A stretch of DNA of 64,000 nt from an uncultured Lachnospiraceae bacterium (GTDB lineage Bacteria; Bacillota; Clostridia; Lachnospirales; Lachnospiraceae): the NCBI GenBank assembly GCA_910587305.1, contig CAJUKV010000015.1, forward strand, positions 2,862 to 66,861, written 5' to 3'. Of this stretch, positions 40,321 through 50,568 are shown piece by piece. The notes beneath the pieces are model-generated. The model saw nothing but the letters and a program-made list of their open reading frames with translations, was not told where the DNA came from and did no database searches. The stretch's first letter is position 1, and every line of letters begins with the position of its first letter. The position numbers were made by a program, and so were the translations under genes.

Positions 40321-41316
40321 TTAGGAAAGCCAGAGAATCTTATCCTCGTTTCTACTATAATAATAAATGGAATCAGCTAAAACCTCATCCTCCGCCACCT
40401 GCGTATGGTTGATTTCCGTGACAATCTCCCGAAGCGTCCTTTCGTCCGTGTCGGCTTCGGCGGGCACTAAAATGACTTCATGGACAGAACTTGGAAGCAC
40501 ATAAAAATTCCGCCCTGTTTTTTCACCAAAAGCTTTTAACACGCCGGGATACAGCATACAGGCGGCTCCATAAAGCTTTTGCCGGTTGGTGAGCACATAC
40601 ATGGGCAATTTCATTTCGTCCATATCCTTCATCATTTGTCCTGCAACTTTCTCTATCCATTCTTCCTCAAACAGTCCGGCCTCCTTCCCGTTTTTCTCAG
40701 ATAATATGTCCTCCTTCAATCCTTCCTCCAAAATACTGCGCATAACCTTCTGCATACTGTCAATCACGCTTGGAAATAAAACCGGCGTATTTTCCATTGA
40801 AATCTGATAGAGCTGTTCCAAATTTGTGTTCCACTGACACATATGACTGTTATAAATCAAAATAGACGCTTTCCCATAAAAAGGAGCCTCCTGAACGGTA
40901 TAAAAAAATACCAAAGCAAGATTATGAAAAAGTTTGTGTGGGATCATCGAAAGCAGCTCTCTGTTTTGCCCTGCATGGACAAGTTTAAAGACAATCTTCT
41001 TTTTTGCTTTTTCAAATTCGGTAAATCCGGACAAGTCCACATTGTCTTCAAATTCGGCCGCCTGAAAATCGTCATATAATATATGCGCAATTTTCTTAAT
41101 TTCTTCCTCCGTTATGCCGCCATGATAAAATTTATCGATATAAATTGTGGGGGAGGCGTTGCAGTCTTTTCTCTTTGCTATGACTCCGGTCAGTTCGATA
41201 CCGTTATTTTTTTTGACATTCTGAGAAAAAACAGAATAATTATCGCCAAGCATTTCCTGTAATTTCTTTATGACTGCCTGGGTAAAAGATGTGAAATTCA
41301 CAGATGTGTTGTTCAT
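40321..41316 (-). CDS. DUF5688-like protein
   Basis: KNNGIEL, PTIYID, MYVLTN, LPSSVHEVIL, LADSIYYY. Confidence 0.8.
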   Translation of the reverse strand: MNNTSVNFTSFTQAVIKKLQEMLGDNYSVFSQNVKKNNGIELTGVIAKRKDCNASPTIYIDKFYHGGITEEEIKKIAHILYDDFQAAEFEDNVDLSGFTEFEKAKKKIVFKLVHAGQNRELLSMIPHKLFHNLALVFFYTVQEAPFYGKASILIYNSHMCQWNTNLEQLYQISMENTPVLFPSVIDSMQKVMRSILEEGLKEDILSEKNGKEAGLFEEEWIEKVAGQMMKDMDEMKLPMYVLTNRQKLYGAACMLYPGVLKAFGEKTGRNFYVLPSSVHEVILVPAEADTDERTLREIVTEINHTQVAEDEVLADSIYYYSRNEDKILWLS

Positions 41317-41321
41317 AAATT

Positions 41322-41410
41322 TCCTCATTTCCGCGCTGCTTTTTACGCATACCAAGTTTGTGGATGCAGCGCAGACACAAACTTGTGAGTGAAAGGTTGA
41401 AAATCTTCCA
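41322..41410 (-). repeat. Family B 93-bp repeat, copy 1 (diverged)
   Basis: Homologous to 47887-47979 and 49338-49430. Confidence 0.9.
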
Positions 41411-41616
41411 TTGATTATAATTGTTACTGTTTGACCGGACGTTAAATTGATTTTCACTTTCATTTTAGAATGGAAATTTTCCATCAGATTTACTTACACT
41501 TTTGATATGAAAATCGGACATAAATTTTACCCCTGATATTTTGGAAATACAACGCAAAAAAAGACAATGAATTCTCATTGTCTTTCAAGCTTTTACTGAT
41601 AGGACATTGGTTCGGC

Positions 41617-42174
41617 TTATACTCTGGAAAGGTACTCGCCCGTTCTGGTATCAATCTTAATCACATCATGGGTCTCAACGAACAAGGGAACATTTACATT
41701 TGCTCCGGTTTCCACCGTGGCGGGCTTGGTAGCGCCCGTAGCCGTGTCGCCCTTAAATCCCGGCTCGGTTTCAATGATTTCCAGTTCCACAAACAAAGGC
41801 GGCTCTACTGAAAATACACTTCCGTTGTGGGAGCAGATCTTAACCATTTCGTTTTCTTTTACAAATTTGAGCGCATCTCCGACAGTTTCGCCGTTAAGCG
41901 CAATCTGATCATATGTTTCAACATCCATGAAGTTATACAGTTCTCCGTCCGAATATAAGTACTGCATATCTTTTCTATCAATACGTGCCTGTGGACATTT
42001 TTCAGTGGGTCTGAAAGTCTTTTCCACTACGCCGCCGCTCTTGATGTTTTTCAGTTTCGTTCTAACGAATGCCGCGCCCTTGCCGGGTTTAACATGTTGA
42101 AACTCAATAATCTGGTAAACATTATTATCTAACTCAATCGTAATACCATTCCTGAAATCACCTGCAGAAATCAT
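41617..42174 (-). CDS. efp: Elongation factor P
   Basis: [25 protein letters not shown]. Confidence 0.98.
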   Translation of the reverse strand: MISAGDFRNGITIELDNNVYQIIEFQHVKPGKGAAFVRTKLKNIKSGGVVEKTFRPTEKCPQARIDRKDMQYLYSDGELYNFMDVETYDQIALNGETVGDALKFVKENEMVKICSHNGSVFSVEPPLFVELEIIETEPGFKGDTATGATKPATVETGANVNVPLFVETHDVIKIDTRTGEYLSRV

Positions 42175-42273
42175 AAAATATTCCTCCTAAAATTTTCACG
42201 TTATAATTCTTTATCAGTGTAATATAAAAAATGATATTTTTCAACTACTTTCTTGGATAACTTAAAGATAACT

Positions 42274-42416
42274 GTAACTATTCAGCCTACGGCTTCATAG
42301 TTACTGAATACGGCCATTAAAAGTTCGCCTACGGCGAAGGGCCGTATTCACTCTCGGCGATATATGCGTTCTCACGGACTTTGCAGCAAATGCAAAGTCC
42401 TGGGCTGAATAGTTAC
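42274..42416. mobile_element. MITE, 143 bp, with 8-bp target duplication
   Basis: TIR GTAACTATTCAGCC / GGCTGAATAGTTAC; AGATAACT at 42266-42273 and 42417-42424; partial copy at 26784-26819. Confidence 0.85.
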
Positions 42417-42422
42417 AGATAA

Positions 42423-42854
42423 CTACATCTTTTCCAAAAGAAAATCAATTGCTTCCAAATAGCCGTCAAGGCCGTGGCCGTAAATTTGTTTGTCGCAGGC
42501 CGGCGCGGTCACGGATATTTTGCGAAATTCTTCCCGCTTTGTGATATCTGAAATATGTATTTCCACTTTCGGTATCGCAATGCTTGCAAGGGCGTCTCTG
42601 ATGGCATAACTGTAATGGGTGTAAGCCCCGGGATTGATTACAATTCCCTTAGTCCCGTCAAAATACGCCTCCTGTATTCTGTCAATAATGGCTCCCTCAT
42701 GGTTGCTCTGAAAAACGTCCACGGATACGATGCATTTATTTGCCTTATCCTCGATCAGCTTTAGCAAATAATGATAATCCTGAGTGCCGTATATGCTTTT
42801 TTCTCTGATTCCAAGAAAATTTATGTTAGGTCCGTTGATAACCAGCAGCTTCAT
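42423..42854 (-). CDS. aroQ: Type II 3-dehydroquinate dehydratase
   Basis: NGPNINFLGIRE..YG, QSNHEG, NPGAYTH, EIHIS. Confidence 0.95.
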   Translation of the reverse strand: MKLLVINGPNINFLGIREKSIYGTQDYHYLLKLIEDKANKCIVSVDVFQSNHEGAIIDRIQEAYFDGTKGIVINPGAYTHYSYAIRDALASIAIPKVEIHISDITKREEFRKISVTAPACDKQIYGHGLDGYLEAIDFLLEKM

Positions 42855-42871
42855 TTTGCTTTTCCTTTCTT

Positions 42872-43396
42872 TTACTCCTTTTTTATAGCTGTAATGGCCC
42901 GGTCAATTTCCTCTATAATCTGATCAAAGGATTTGTCCGAAACATCCACCGTCACATCAGCGCACGCCTCATATATTGGCCCGCGCTCTTTCATAAGGGT
43001 TCTGATTCTTTCCATGGGATTTTCCACCTGCAAAAGAGGTCTTGTAGTATCCGACTTTAATCTCTCATAAACAACTTCGGGCGTAACCTTTAAGTAAATC
43101 ACTTTCCCCAGCCTTTTTAATAAAATATGGTTTTCTTCCCGCATGGGCAGACCTCCCCCCACGGAAATAATCTGGTTGTTTACGGTGCGGATCAACTCAT
43201 TAAGACAGTCCGTTTCCATCGCCCGAAAAGCCGCTTCCCCCTTTGATGCAAACAAATCGGACACGGACATCTTTTGCCTGTTTTCTATCCATTTATCCGT
43301 ATCAATCATAGTATGCTTTAAATGGTAGGACAGCCTGATTCCCACGCTGGACTTACCGCTGCCCATAAAACCAATTAAAATAATATTATTTTCCAT
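42872..43396 (-). CDS. aroK: Shikimate kinase
   Basis: GFMGSGKS, GEAAFRAME, RPLL. Confidence 0.95.
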   Translation of the reverse strand: MENNIILIGFMGSGKSSVGIRLSYHLKHTMIDTDKWIENRQKMSVSDLFASKGEAAFRAMETDCLNELIRTVNNQIISVGGGLPMREENHILLKRLGKVIYLKVTPEVVYERLKSDTTRPLLQVENPMERIRTLMKERGPIYEACADVTVDVSDKSFDQIIEEIDRAITAIKKE

Positions 43397-43498
43397 GATT
43401 ATCCCCTCGCATATAATCGGCGGAGTCTATTGTCATATATCGCAAGTTTTGCTTAAAATGCTGCCATCAATAGGGAGTCCGGAAGTTTACATCCAAAC

Positions 43499-44365
43499 TT
43501 ATAATTCCATTTTTTCTTTTAAAGCCTGATATACTTCCAGAGCCGTTTCTTCCGGAACCGACAGTTTATTCCAAAGCTCATAGGCAATGATTCCCTGATA
43601 CAAAAGCATCTTAAGCCCGTGAAAAGCTTTACCGTCTTGCTCTTTTACCATCTTCATAAATTTAGTTTCGGAAGGCCTGTAAATCAAGTCGTAACCCGTA
43701 TGTATTTTTTGATAAAACTCCTGATCCTCTATAACGGCTTTATCCATGTTCGGATACATGCCTACGCTGGTGGCCTGAATCGCCAAAAATTTTTTGTCCG
43801 GCAATGAGCGGTAATCTGAAAGGGCCATAGGATAAATACACTCTTTGCCCGTTTTTTCGTTTACCTCCTTTGCGACCGCCAGAGCCTTTGCAAGGGAACG
43901 GTTTAAAAGGTAAACCCTGGCGACGTTTTTGGAGGCGCACAAAAAGGCGACCGCCCTGGCCGCACCGCCTGCTCCCAGCAAAACCACATCTTCCCCTTCT
44001 ATCCGTATGCCTTCGCTGCACATGGCGCGGTACAGCCCCGGCATATCCGTGTTGTATCCTTTGAATCCGCCTTCCACCCGCACCAGCGTATTGACCGCCC
44101 CGATTTTTTTTGCCAGATCATCTATCTGGCATATACTTGCCATCACTTCGCTTTTATAGGGCACCGTCACATTCAGTCCTAAAAGATTAAGGGCGTAAGC
44201 GCCCTTTACGGCATCTGGGACCTGTCCCTGCTCCACATGAAAAGGGACGTATGCAAGATTATGGGAAAGCATATGCGCCAACGTGTTATGGATAAACGGC
44301 GACATGGTATGCTCCACCGGATTTCCTATCAGCCCACAGGTTCTTGTATAACCGTTAATCTCCAT
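43499..44365 (-). CDS. aroE: Shikimate dehydrogenase
   Basis: GNPVEHTMSP, NVTVPYK, GAVNT, NTD, GAGGAARA. Confidence 0.95.
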   Translation of the reverse strand: MEINGYTRTCGLIGNPVEHTMSPFIHNTLAHMLSHNLAYVPFHVEQGQVPDAVKGAYALNLLGLNVTVPYKSEVMASICQIDDLAKKIGAVNTLVRVEGGFKGYNTDMPGLYRAMCSEGIRIEGEDVVLLGAGGAARAVAFLCASKNVARVYLLNRSLAKALAVAKEVNEKTGKECIYPMALSDYRSLPDKKFLAIQATSVGMYPNMDKAVIEDQEFYQKIHTGYDLIYRPSETKFMKMVKEQDGKAFHGLKMLLYQGIIAYELWNKLSVPEETALEVYQALKEKMEL

Positions 44366-44894
44366 CTGTTCCCTCCTCCAAATACTTCTTTCCCTCTTTT
44401 TTACATTTACGCCGGTAAAAGGCAAGTACGATTTTTTCAAGATAACGCTTTAAGACAATCTGAATTTCTTCTCTTTTATCAATCGGCTGAACCAGAATGG
44501 AAAAAATACCTGCGTTTCTGGCTCCCCACACATCCGTGAATAGTTGGTCCCCCACAAAAAGCGTGGTTGCCCTGTCCGTTTTCAGCATTTCCATCGCCCG
44601 CAGATATCCTTTTTTCCCCGGTTTCCCCGCCTTAAAAATATATTTGCCCTTCACGGCGTCACTGAACATTTTCACTCTGGGTTCCTTGTTGTTGGACAGA
44701 AATAAGATCCGAAAGCCCATATCCTGCAGCTCCTTTATCAGCTTTCTGCTTCTTTCATCCGCCGGTGCTCCGTGGGTGACCAGGGTGTTATCAATATCAA
44801 AAATGATTCCTCTGTAGCCTAAGCCATAATATCCGGCAAAATTTATTTTGTATGTAGAGCTTATATAAACATCGGGGTAAAACCTCTCCAGCAT
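44355..44894 (-). CDS. yqeG: YqeG-family HAD IIIA phosphatase
   Basis: FDIDNTL, SNN, GDQLFTDVWGA; upstream of aroE. Confidence 0.9.
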   Translation of the reverse strand: MLERFYPDVYISSTYKINFAGYYGLGYRGIIFDIDNTLVTHGAPADERSRKLIKELQDMGFRILFLSNNKEPRVKMFSDAVKGKYIFKAGKPGKKGYLRAMEMLKTDRATTLFVGDQLFTDVWGARNAGIFSILVQPIDKREEIQIVLKRYLEKIVLAFYRRKCKKEGKKYLEEGTDGD

Positions 44895-44976
44895 GGATTC
44901 TCCTTTCGGCGTTCTCAGGCAAGTCAGATGCACAAGTTACTTTGCGACTATCCTTATTTTGTATGGAAAGCCTGTT

Positions 44977-45177
44977 TCAGCACATCGGATCTTCTAAATC
45001 ATACAGTTTTCCGGTGGCATAGGGGCTTCCCACATCACATCTTCCATGGTGATACGTCTTCTTTCTCTGCCCTTCTTCCATTTCTCCGCTGGTCTCCACC
45101 TTGATGCGGCTTACCTCACCGGTCGTGAGCTGATCCAGCATCCTCACCACTTCGTCAATTTTATCATTTTTCTCCAT
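44977..45177 (-). CDS. Small hypothetical protein
   Basis: MEKNDKIDEV...HHGRCDVGSP; RBS-like GAAAGG. Confidence 0.6.
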   Translation of the reverse strand: MEKNDKIDEVVRMLDQLTTGEVSRIKVETSGEMEEGQRKKTYHHGRCDVGSPYATGKLYDLEDPMC

Positions 45178-45330
45178 TATGTTCAAAGCCCTTTCTTTCA
45201 TTCTGCTGAATATGCGGTACAAAAATTACTTTTTTCATATTGTCCTCCCGTCCGCTCGGAGCGAATAGAAATTCGGTCGTCACCGCGCTATGTCTTTGGC
45301 CAGCCGGTGAAAAGTAATGTGCGAAACGGG

Positions 45331-46185
45331 TTAATCCCCCCATATAATGATACAGTTTTTAGGCGCTGTTAAAGGTTCTTCCGGAATGGTATGGGCTCCC
45401 GGAATGATTTCCAGTAATTCCTCCACACCATACCCGTCCAGCTTATCGTGTGACATTGCGTTCCATGTGATATATCCTCTTTTTGCCTTCTTAATCACCT
45501 GATTCAGATATACGTCCTGTACCGCCCGAATCAGCTCCGAAAAGGCATAATTGCTGATTGCCAAATCATAGGTTTGATCGTTTTCCCTGATGTTTGTTCC
45601 GTCTACAAAAACAAATTTATCTTTTATTGTCTCATATTTTCCAAGATATTTTCCGGCAAGCTCTAACACTTCGGGCAAGTCAAACAGAAAATACTTCTCT
45701 ATTCCCAGATGGGATGTTAAAATGCGTCCTTCTCCGCCATATCCCACGCCGATTTCCGCCACGGAAGAAATATTTTTCACATCAAATAGCCCCATGATAT
45801 CCTGCAATACTTTGGCGTAACGCACGGTAGTGGGACTTAGCTTCCTGTTTTTCCCATTGATGGAAAAGACGGCTCTCTCCGGCTTTCCATATAAATCGTT
45901 GTCCGCAAAATTATTCCATTCCTCCGCGTCAAATCCGCCTCTTTGGTTGATAATGTTTAAATACTTGTCCCCGTCTTCCTTTGACACATGTTCCAGTATT
46001 TGATTGTATATTTCATTTCTCCTGAACTTGCGAAAATATTTTTCTTCTCTCGCCGCCTGCAGACACACTGCCGGATAAAGCCCGTTATCGGAAAGGCTTG
46101 TCTGCTCCCTTTTTGCCAAGTCACCCTGCCGGCCGATATCTGCCTGACCATCTTTTTGATTCAGTAATTTTTCAAGTATACTCAT
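45331..46185 (-). CDS. Putative sugar O-methyltransferase
   Basis: EIGVGYGG SAM motif, DLPEV, ISNYAFSEL. Confidence 0.75.
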   Translation of the reverse strand: MSILEKLLNQKDGQADIGRQGDLAKREQTSLSDNGLYPAVCLQAAREEKYFRKFRRNEIYNQILEHVSKEDGDKYLNIINQRGGFDAEEWNNFADNDLYGKPERAVFSINGKNRKLSPTTVRYAKVLQDIMGLFDVKNISSVAEIGVGYGGEGRILTSHLGIEKYFLFDLPEVLELAGKYLGKYETIKDKFVFVDGTNIRENDQTYDLAISNYAFSELIRAVQDVYLNQVIKKAKRGYITWNAMSHDKLDGYGVEELLEIIPGAHTIPEEPLTAPKNCIIIWGD

Positions 46186-46342
46186 TTTATAACCATGTTC
46201 CTTTCCCCGCCTGCGGATTGATGACACATGCACAAATTTGTCCTGTCCTTTTCCGCCTTCTCCTTACGACAGATAGACAGCAGAAAAAGCTCTTGCCCCA
46301 CTTAAGCAAAAGCATTTAAAACGCTGCCCTGTATCATTTAAC

Positions 46343-46792
46343 TTATTCCAACACTTTTTTCAACTCGTCCATAAAAGTATTGATATCTTTAAATTCCCTG
46401 TATACGGAAGCAAAACGCACGTACGCAACCGCTTCCAAATCCTTAAGCTTGTTCATCACAAGCTCGCCGATTACACGGCTGGGTATTTCCTTTTCTTCCG
46501 TGCTGAAAATTTCGGTTTCCACCTCGTCCACCAACTGCTTAATCCGGCTGACGCTGATCGGCCTCTTATGGCACGCCCGAAGCACGCCCGCTTCTATTTT
46601 GGATCTGTCATAGGTTTCCCTGTTGTCGTCCTTTTTAATGACAATCAGTGGGATCGTCTCTACCTTTTCATAGGTGGTAAACCGCTTACTGCACTCGTCA
46701 CAAACTCTGCGCCGCCTGATAGAATTATTATCATCCGCTGGCCTTGAATCAATGACCCTGGTATTCTCATGACCGCAAAACGGACATTTCAT
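46343..46792 (-). CDS. nrdR: Transcriptional repressor NrdR
   Basis: [28 protein letters not shown]. Confidence 0.98.
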   Translation of the reverse strand: MKCPFCGHENTRVIDSRPADDNNSIRRRRVCDECSKRFTTYEKVETIPLIVIKKDDNRETYDRSKIEAGVLRACHKRPISVSRIKQLVDEVETEIFSTEEKEIPSRVIGELVMNKLKDLEAVAYVRFASVYREFKDINTFMDELKKVLE

Positions 46793-46986
46793 ATGAATCC
46801 TCCATACCGCCGGTAATTTCTCCGGCTGGCTAGTGAGTACATTACTGTACGTTATTCGTAACTGTTCGGCCCAAAACTATGCATTTACTGTTATCATTAT
46901 TCTGATAACAATGTCATTATATGCGGATTTACAAATTATGTCAACTGGCGCGTGCTTGAAAATGGCTGACCGAGCGGCATTTTTTA

Positions 46987-47766
46987 TCATGCCGTCAAAT
47001 AATTCTTCATTACCTTCAACGCATTTTTTTCCAGTCTTGACACCTGAGCCTGGGAGATCCCAATCATATCCGCCACCTCCATCTGCGTTTTCCCCTCAAA
47101 AAAGCGAAGGCTGATTATCTCGTGCTCACGCTCCCCTAATCGCTTCATGGCTTCGCTTAAAGACAGATGTTCCACCCAGTTTTCCTCTTTATTCTTTTTA
47201 TCGCTGATTTGATCCATCACATAAAGGGTATCCCCTCCGTCCGTAAAAATCGGTTCGTACAGGCTCATGGGGTTTTGAATCGCATCCAATGCATAGACGA
47301 TATCCTCCTTGGATATGCCGATTTCCGACGCAATCTCATTGATGGTAGGCTCTTTCATATTTTGTTTAATCAGATTTTCCTTGGCATAAATAGCCTTATA
47401 GGCGGTATCCTTTAAAGACCTGCTTACGCGAATCGTGTTGTTGTCCCGAAGGAAACGGCGGATCTCGCCGATGATCATTGGCACGGCGTAGGTGCTGAAT
47501 TTTACATTCAAAGAAGAATCAAAGTTGTCAATCGCCTTGATTAATCCTATACACCCTATTTGAAACAGGTCGTCCACATTTTCATTGCTGGCGGAAAATC
47601 GCTTGATCACGCTTAGAACAAGCCGTAAATTCCCTTCGATATACTTTTTTCTCGCCTCCATATCTCCCGATTCTATCTGTTCAAATAATTTTTCCTTTTC
47701 GTCTGATTTTAACAGAGGCAGCTTTGCCGTATTCACGCCGCATATCTCAACTTTTCCCTGGGCCAT
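46987..47766 (-). CDS. sigG: Sporulation sigma factor G
   Basis: KVEICGVNTAKLP N-terminus, DDLFQIGCIGL. Confidence 0.97.
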   Translation of the reverse strand: MAQGKVEICGVNTAKLPLLKSDEKEKLFEQIESGDMEARKKYIEGNLRLVLSVIKRFSASNENVDDLFQIGCIGLIKAIDNFDSSLNVKFSTYAVPMIIGEIRRFLRDNNTIRVSRSLKDTAYKAIYAKENLIKQNMKEPTINEIASEIGISKEDIVYALDAIQNPMSLYEPIFTDGGDTLYVMDQISDKKNKEENWVEHLSLSEAMKRLGEREHEIISLRFFEGKTQMEVADMIGISQAQVSRLEKNALKVMKNYLTA

Positions 47767-47886
47767 GTATGATTTTCCTCCTGCTTCGTTCATCATTAAA
47801 ATGTTAAACAAGCACTGACACGCTTCGCGAGCCAGCTTATTGTAATAAAAATCATTCACAAAACAGGCGGAAAATATTCATACTTT

Positions 47887-47979
47887 TCCTCATTTCTGCG
47901 CTGCTTTTTGCGCATATCAAGTTTGTGGGTGCAGCGCAGACACAAACTTGTGAGTGAAAGGTTGAAAACCTTTCACTCT
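47887..47979 (-). repeat. Family B 93-bp repeat, copy 2
   Basis: Two mismatches to copy 3. Confidence 0.92.
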
Positions 47980-48084
47980 TTTGAACCCTTTTATCTTCTT
48001 AGCATAAAATATATTATACCGGAAAAAGAAATTGATAAAAAAGTGAAGGTAAGCAATGCTCACCTTGCAGAAATGAGGTAGAAT

Positions 48085-48318
48085 ATGCTTTTTTCTGAGT
48101 TAAAGTGCAAAGATGTGATCAATATGCGGGACTGTAAAAAACTTGGAAGAATATCCGACTTAGAGTTTGACCAATGCAGCGGACAAATCTGCAAGGTTTT
48201 TATTCCCAGCGGCAATAAATTTTTCAATTTGCTCTGTACGGAACCGGATATCTGTATCCCCTACAAAGATATTAAGCAAATCGGGCCCGATATCATTATT
48301 GTGGACATACGCTGTTAA
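48085..48318 (+). CDS. YlmC/YmxH sporulation PRC-barrel protein
   Basis: FSELKCKDVIN...LGRISD...IPYKDIKQIGPDII. Confidence 0.9.
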   Translation: MLFSELKCKDVINMRDCKKLGRISDLEFDQCSGQICKVFIPSGNKFFNLLCTEPDICIPYKDIKQIGPDIIIVDIRC

Positions 48319-48585
48319 TGGGTTTCTTACGTCATACGTCCCTCTGTCATAATACCCGCAAAAACTTGTTCAGGCGGGGAAATTTTTTCTCCCTGCCCGC
48401 CGCGCGGCCCGTGCGTTACTTTAGCGGCATGTTTTCTCTGCATGGGCCTGTGCAATCCAGCAGGGAAATTTTTCTCCCTATTCGCGCGCCGGGCGTCCGT
48501 CAGCTTGCTGATATATATCCTTTGGACGCCCGTGTGCATAAAGAAGCCGAATTATGCGGCGGCCCGGCTTATTTTTGTTCCATTT

Positions 48586-49329
48586 TCAGTAACTTTCCCG
48601 AATCAATTCCTTTTTAAGCCTTTTCATAATTTTTTTCTCCAGTCTTGAAATATATGACTGGGAAATTCCGAGAAGCTCTGCCACCTCCTTCTGGGTCATC
48701 TCCTTCCCGTCGGGCGTTCCAAGCCCAAACCGCAAATTGATGATGGTCTTTTCCCTCTCGGTGAGCTTATCGATGGCCTTAAGAAGGAGCTTTCGCTCCA
48801 CCTCGTTTTCAATATCTTTGTATATAACGTCCTCGTCCGTTCCGAGGATATCCGACAGAAGCAGCTCGTTTCCGTCCCAATCCACATTTAAGGGCTCGTC
48901 AATGGACACTTCCAGCTTCGTCTTATTATTCCTGCGCAGGTACATCAATATTTCATTTTCAATACACCTTGAAGCGTAAGTTGCAAGCTTGATATTTTTT
49001 TCCGGATTAAAAGTGTTGATAGACTTAATCAACCCGATTGTTCCTATGGAAATTAAGTCCTCCACTCCCACCCCCGTGTTATCAAACTTCTTTGCTATGT
49101 AAACCACCAGACGTAAATTATGCTCAATCAGTATGGACTTTGCCTCGTCCTCATATTCCGTTCCCAAATCGCCGATCACAGCATTTTCTTTCTCCACCTC
49201 AAGGGGCGGCGGAAGCACCTCCGAACCGCCTATGTAGTGCACATCCCCCTGCTTTGTCAGTAAGAATCCTGGTTCCCTGCGGTATAGCTTAAACTGAAGC
49301 TTACCCGGAATTGCCACTTTAAATACCAT
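48586..49329 (-). CDS. sigE: Sporulation sigma factor E (pro-sigmaE)
   Basis: [28 protein letters not shown]; follows spoIIGA. Confidence 0.97.
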   Translation of the reverse strand: MVFKVAIPGKLQFKLYRREPGFLLTKQGDVHYIGGSEVLPPPLEVEKENAVIGDLGTEYEDEAKSILIEHNLRLVVYIAKKFDNTGVGVEDLISIGTIGLIKSINTFNPEKNIKLATYASRCIENEILMYLRRNNKTKLEVSIDEPLNVDWDGNELLLSDILGTDEDVIYKDIENEVERKLLLKAIDKLTEREKTIINLRFGLGTPDGKEMTQKEVAELLGISQSYISRLEKKIMKRLKKELIRESY

Positions 49330-49337
49330 TTATGATC

Positions 49338-49430
49338 TCCTCATTTCTGCGCTGCTTTTTGCGCATATCAAGTTTGTGGATGCAGCGCAGACACAAACTT
49401 GTGAGTGAAAGGTTGAAAGCCTTTCACTCT
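49338..49430 (-). repeat. Family B 93-bp repeat, copy 3 (supplies sigE RBS)
   Basis: Ends in ATGAGGA 8 nt before the sigE ATG. Confidence 0.92.
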
Positions 49431-49458
49431 TTCCTGCTGTTTTTGCTTTCATAATTTT

Positions 49459-50289
49459 TTATATGGATAATTCCGGAGGCAGTACCATCTGGTAACTGCC
49501 TTTTCCGGAAATTTTTCCCTTAAATATTGCTACAATCACCTTTTCATATTGTTTTTCACCCATGCTGCCTTTGACTTTCATCGTGTCTATCTCGTATCCT
49601 TCCAGCAAACCGCTGTCTTTCCCTATACTGTGATAGGGAATGATTTTATATTTTTCCGGCTTCATCCACAGCTTCAAATTCTCCCACTGCCCTGCTTCCA
49701 ATATTGCCACAGGCTTTCTGCTGACGGGTTCCACCAGTCCGTTTCCGGTATCAACCAAAGCGTCAACCATTAAAATTCCTTCATCCCCCGGAATGCTGAC
49801 CCTGCAAAAATGTTCCTTTTGCCTCTTCCGATAGATGGCAATCACTCCGGTGCAAAGTGCAAAACCCGCAAATCCCAGACCTGCAAGCAATATTATTGAA
49901 TCTTCATATTCCGCAAACAGGCTGTTTCTTCCCCTGAGAAAGATTATGAACCCGCCTATCAGAAAAGAAAAAAAATAAAGATAGCCAAGCCCTCGCAGCA
50001 ATTCCCCATAGCCTTTGGCCTTACATGCAATTTTTATCATAAGCATTCCAATCGGAACCATCCCTAAAAGTACTTTCAGCATATATGGTATTTGGGGCAG
50101 GCACAGTACAATACAGTAGCCCGCCGCTCCTATGGCGCTTCCTGCAAAGATCCTCGCATACATGGCGGTTTTTCCAAGCGCCTTTGCAGTAAGCGCAAGC
50201 AGATAGAAATCCATCACCATATTCAGTAAAAAAATGCTGTCAATATAAATGGTACCCTGTAATTGCACCTTGCAATTTTTCACCTCCAT
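49459..50289 (-). CDS. spoIIGA: Sigma-E processing peptidase
   Basis: YIDSIFLLN, five TMs, DTGN aspartic motif, IPYHSIG. Confidence 0.92.
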   Translation of the reverse strand: MEVKNCKVQLQGTIYIDSIFLLNMVMDFYLLALTAKALGKTAMYARIFAGSAIGAAGYCIVLCLPQIPYMLKVLLGMVPIGMLMIKIACKAKGYGELLRGLGYLYFFSFLIGGFIIFLRGRNSLFAEYEDSIILLAGLGFAGFALCTGVIAIYRKRQKEHFCRVSIPGDEGILMVDALVDTGNGLVEPVSRKPVAILEAGQWENLKLWMKPEKYKIIPYHSIGKDSGLLEGYEIDTMKVKGSMGEKQYEKVIVAIFKGKISGKGSYQMVLPPELSI

Positions 50290-50414
50290 TTCTCCGGTAC
50301 GAGTACTATAAGTACGGGTACTTCATGTACTTGTTCATTATAAACATTAATGCTTTCACAATTTGTCAAAACATTGTCCCTGCCCTTTTCATTCATCGCT
50401 GCAATACGACAAAA

Positions 50415-50511
50415 AGGGCTGTCACAAAACCTGACAGTCCTACAATATCTATCCGACTCTTTGGAGTATGGGTGTTTCTATTGTATGAATCTGCTATTTT
50501 GCAACAGCCCT
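50415..50511. mobile_element. Possible MITE or IS end remnant
   Basis: agggctgtcacaaaa / ttttgcaacagccct, 13 of 15 bp inverted repeat. Confidence 0.45.
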
Positions 50512-50568
50512 ATGCCATTACGGCAGGCCGGATTGCCAAACGCGGCAGGCGTTTGGCAGCCTGTTCAT

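Noticed and set aside
41317..41484. N-terminal extension of the DUF5688-like ORF
   Set aside because: It is a translation of the family B repeat; the start at 41316 has its own RBS
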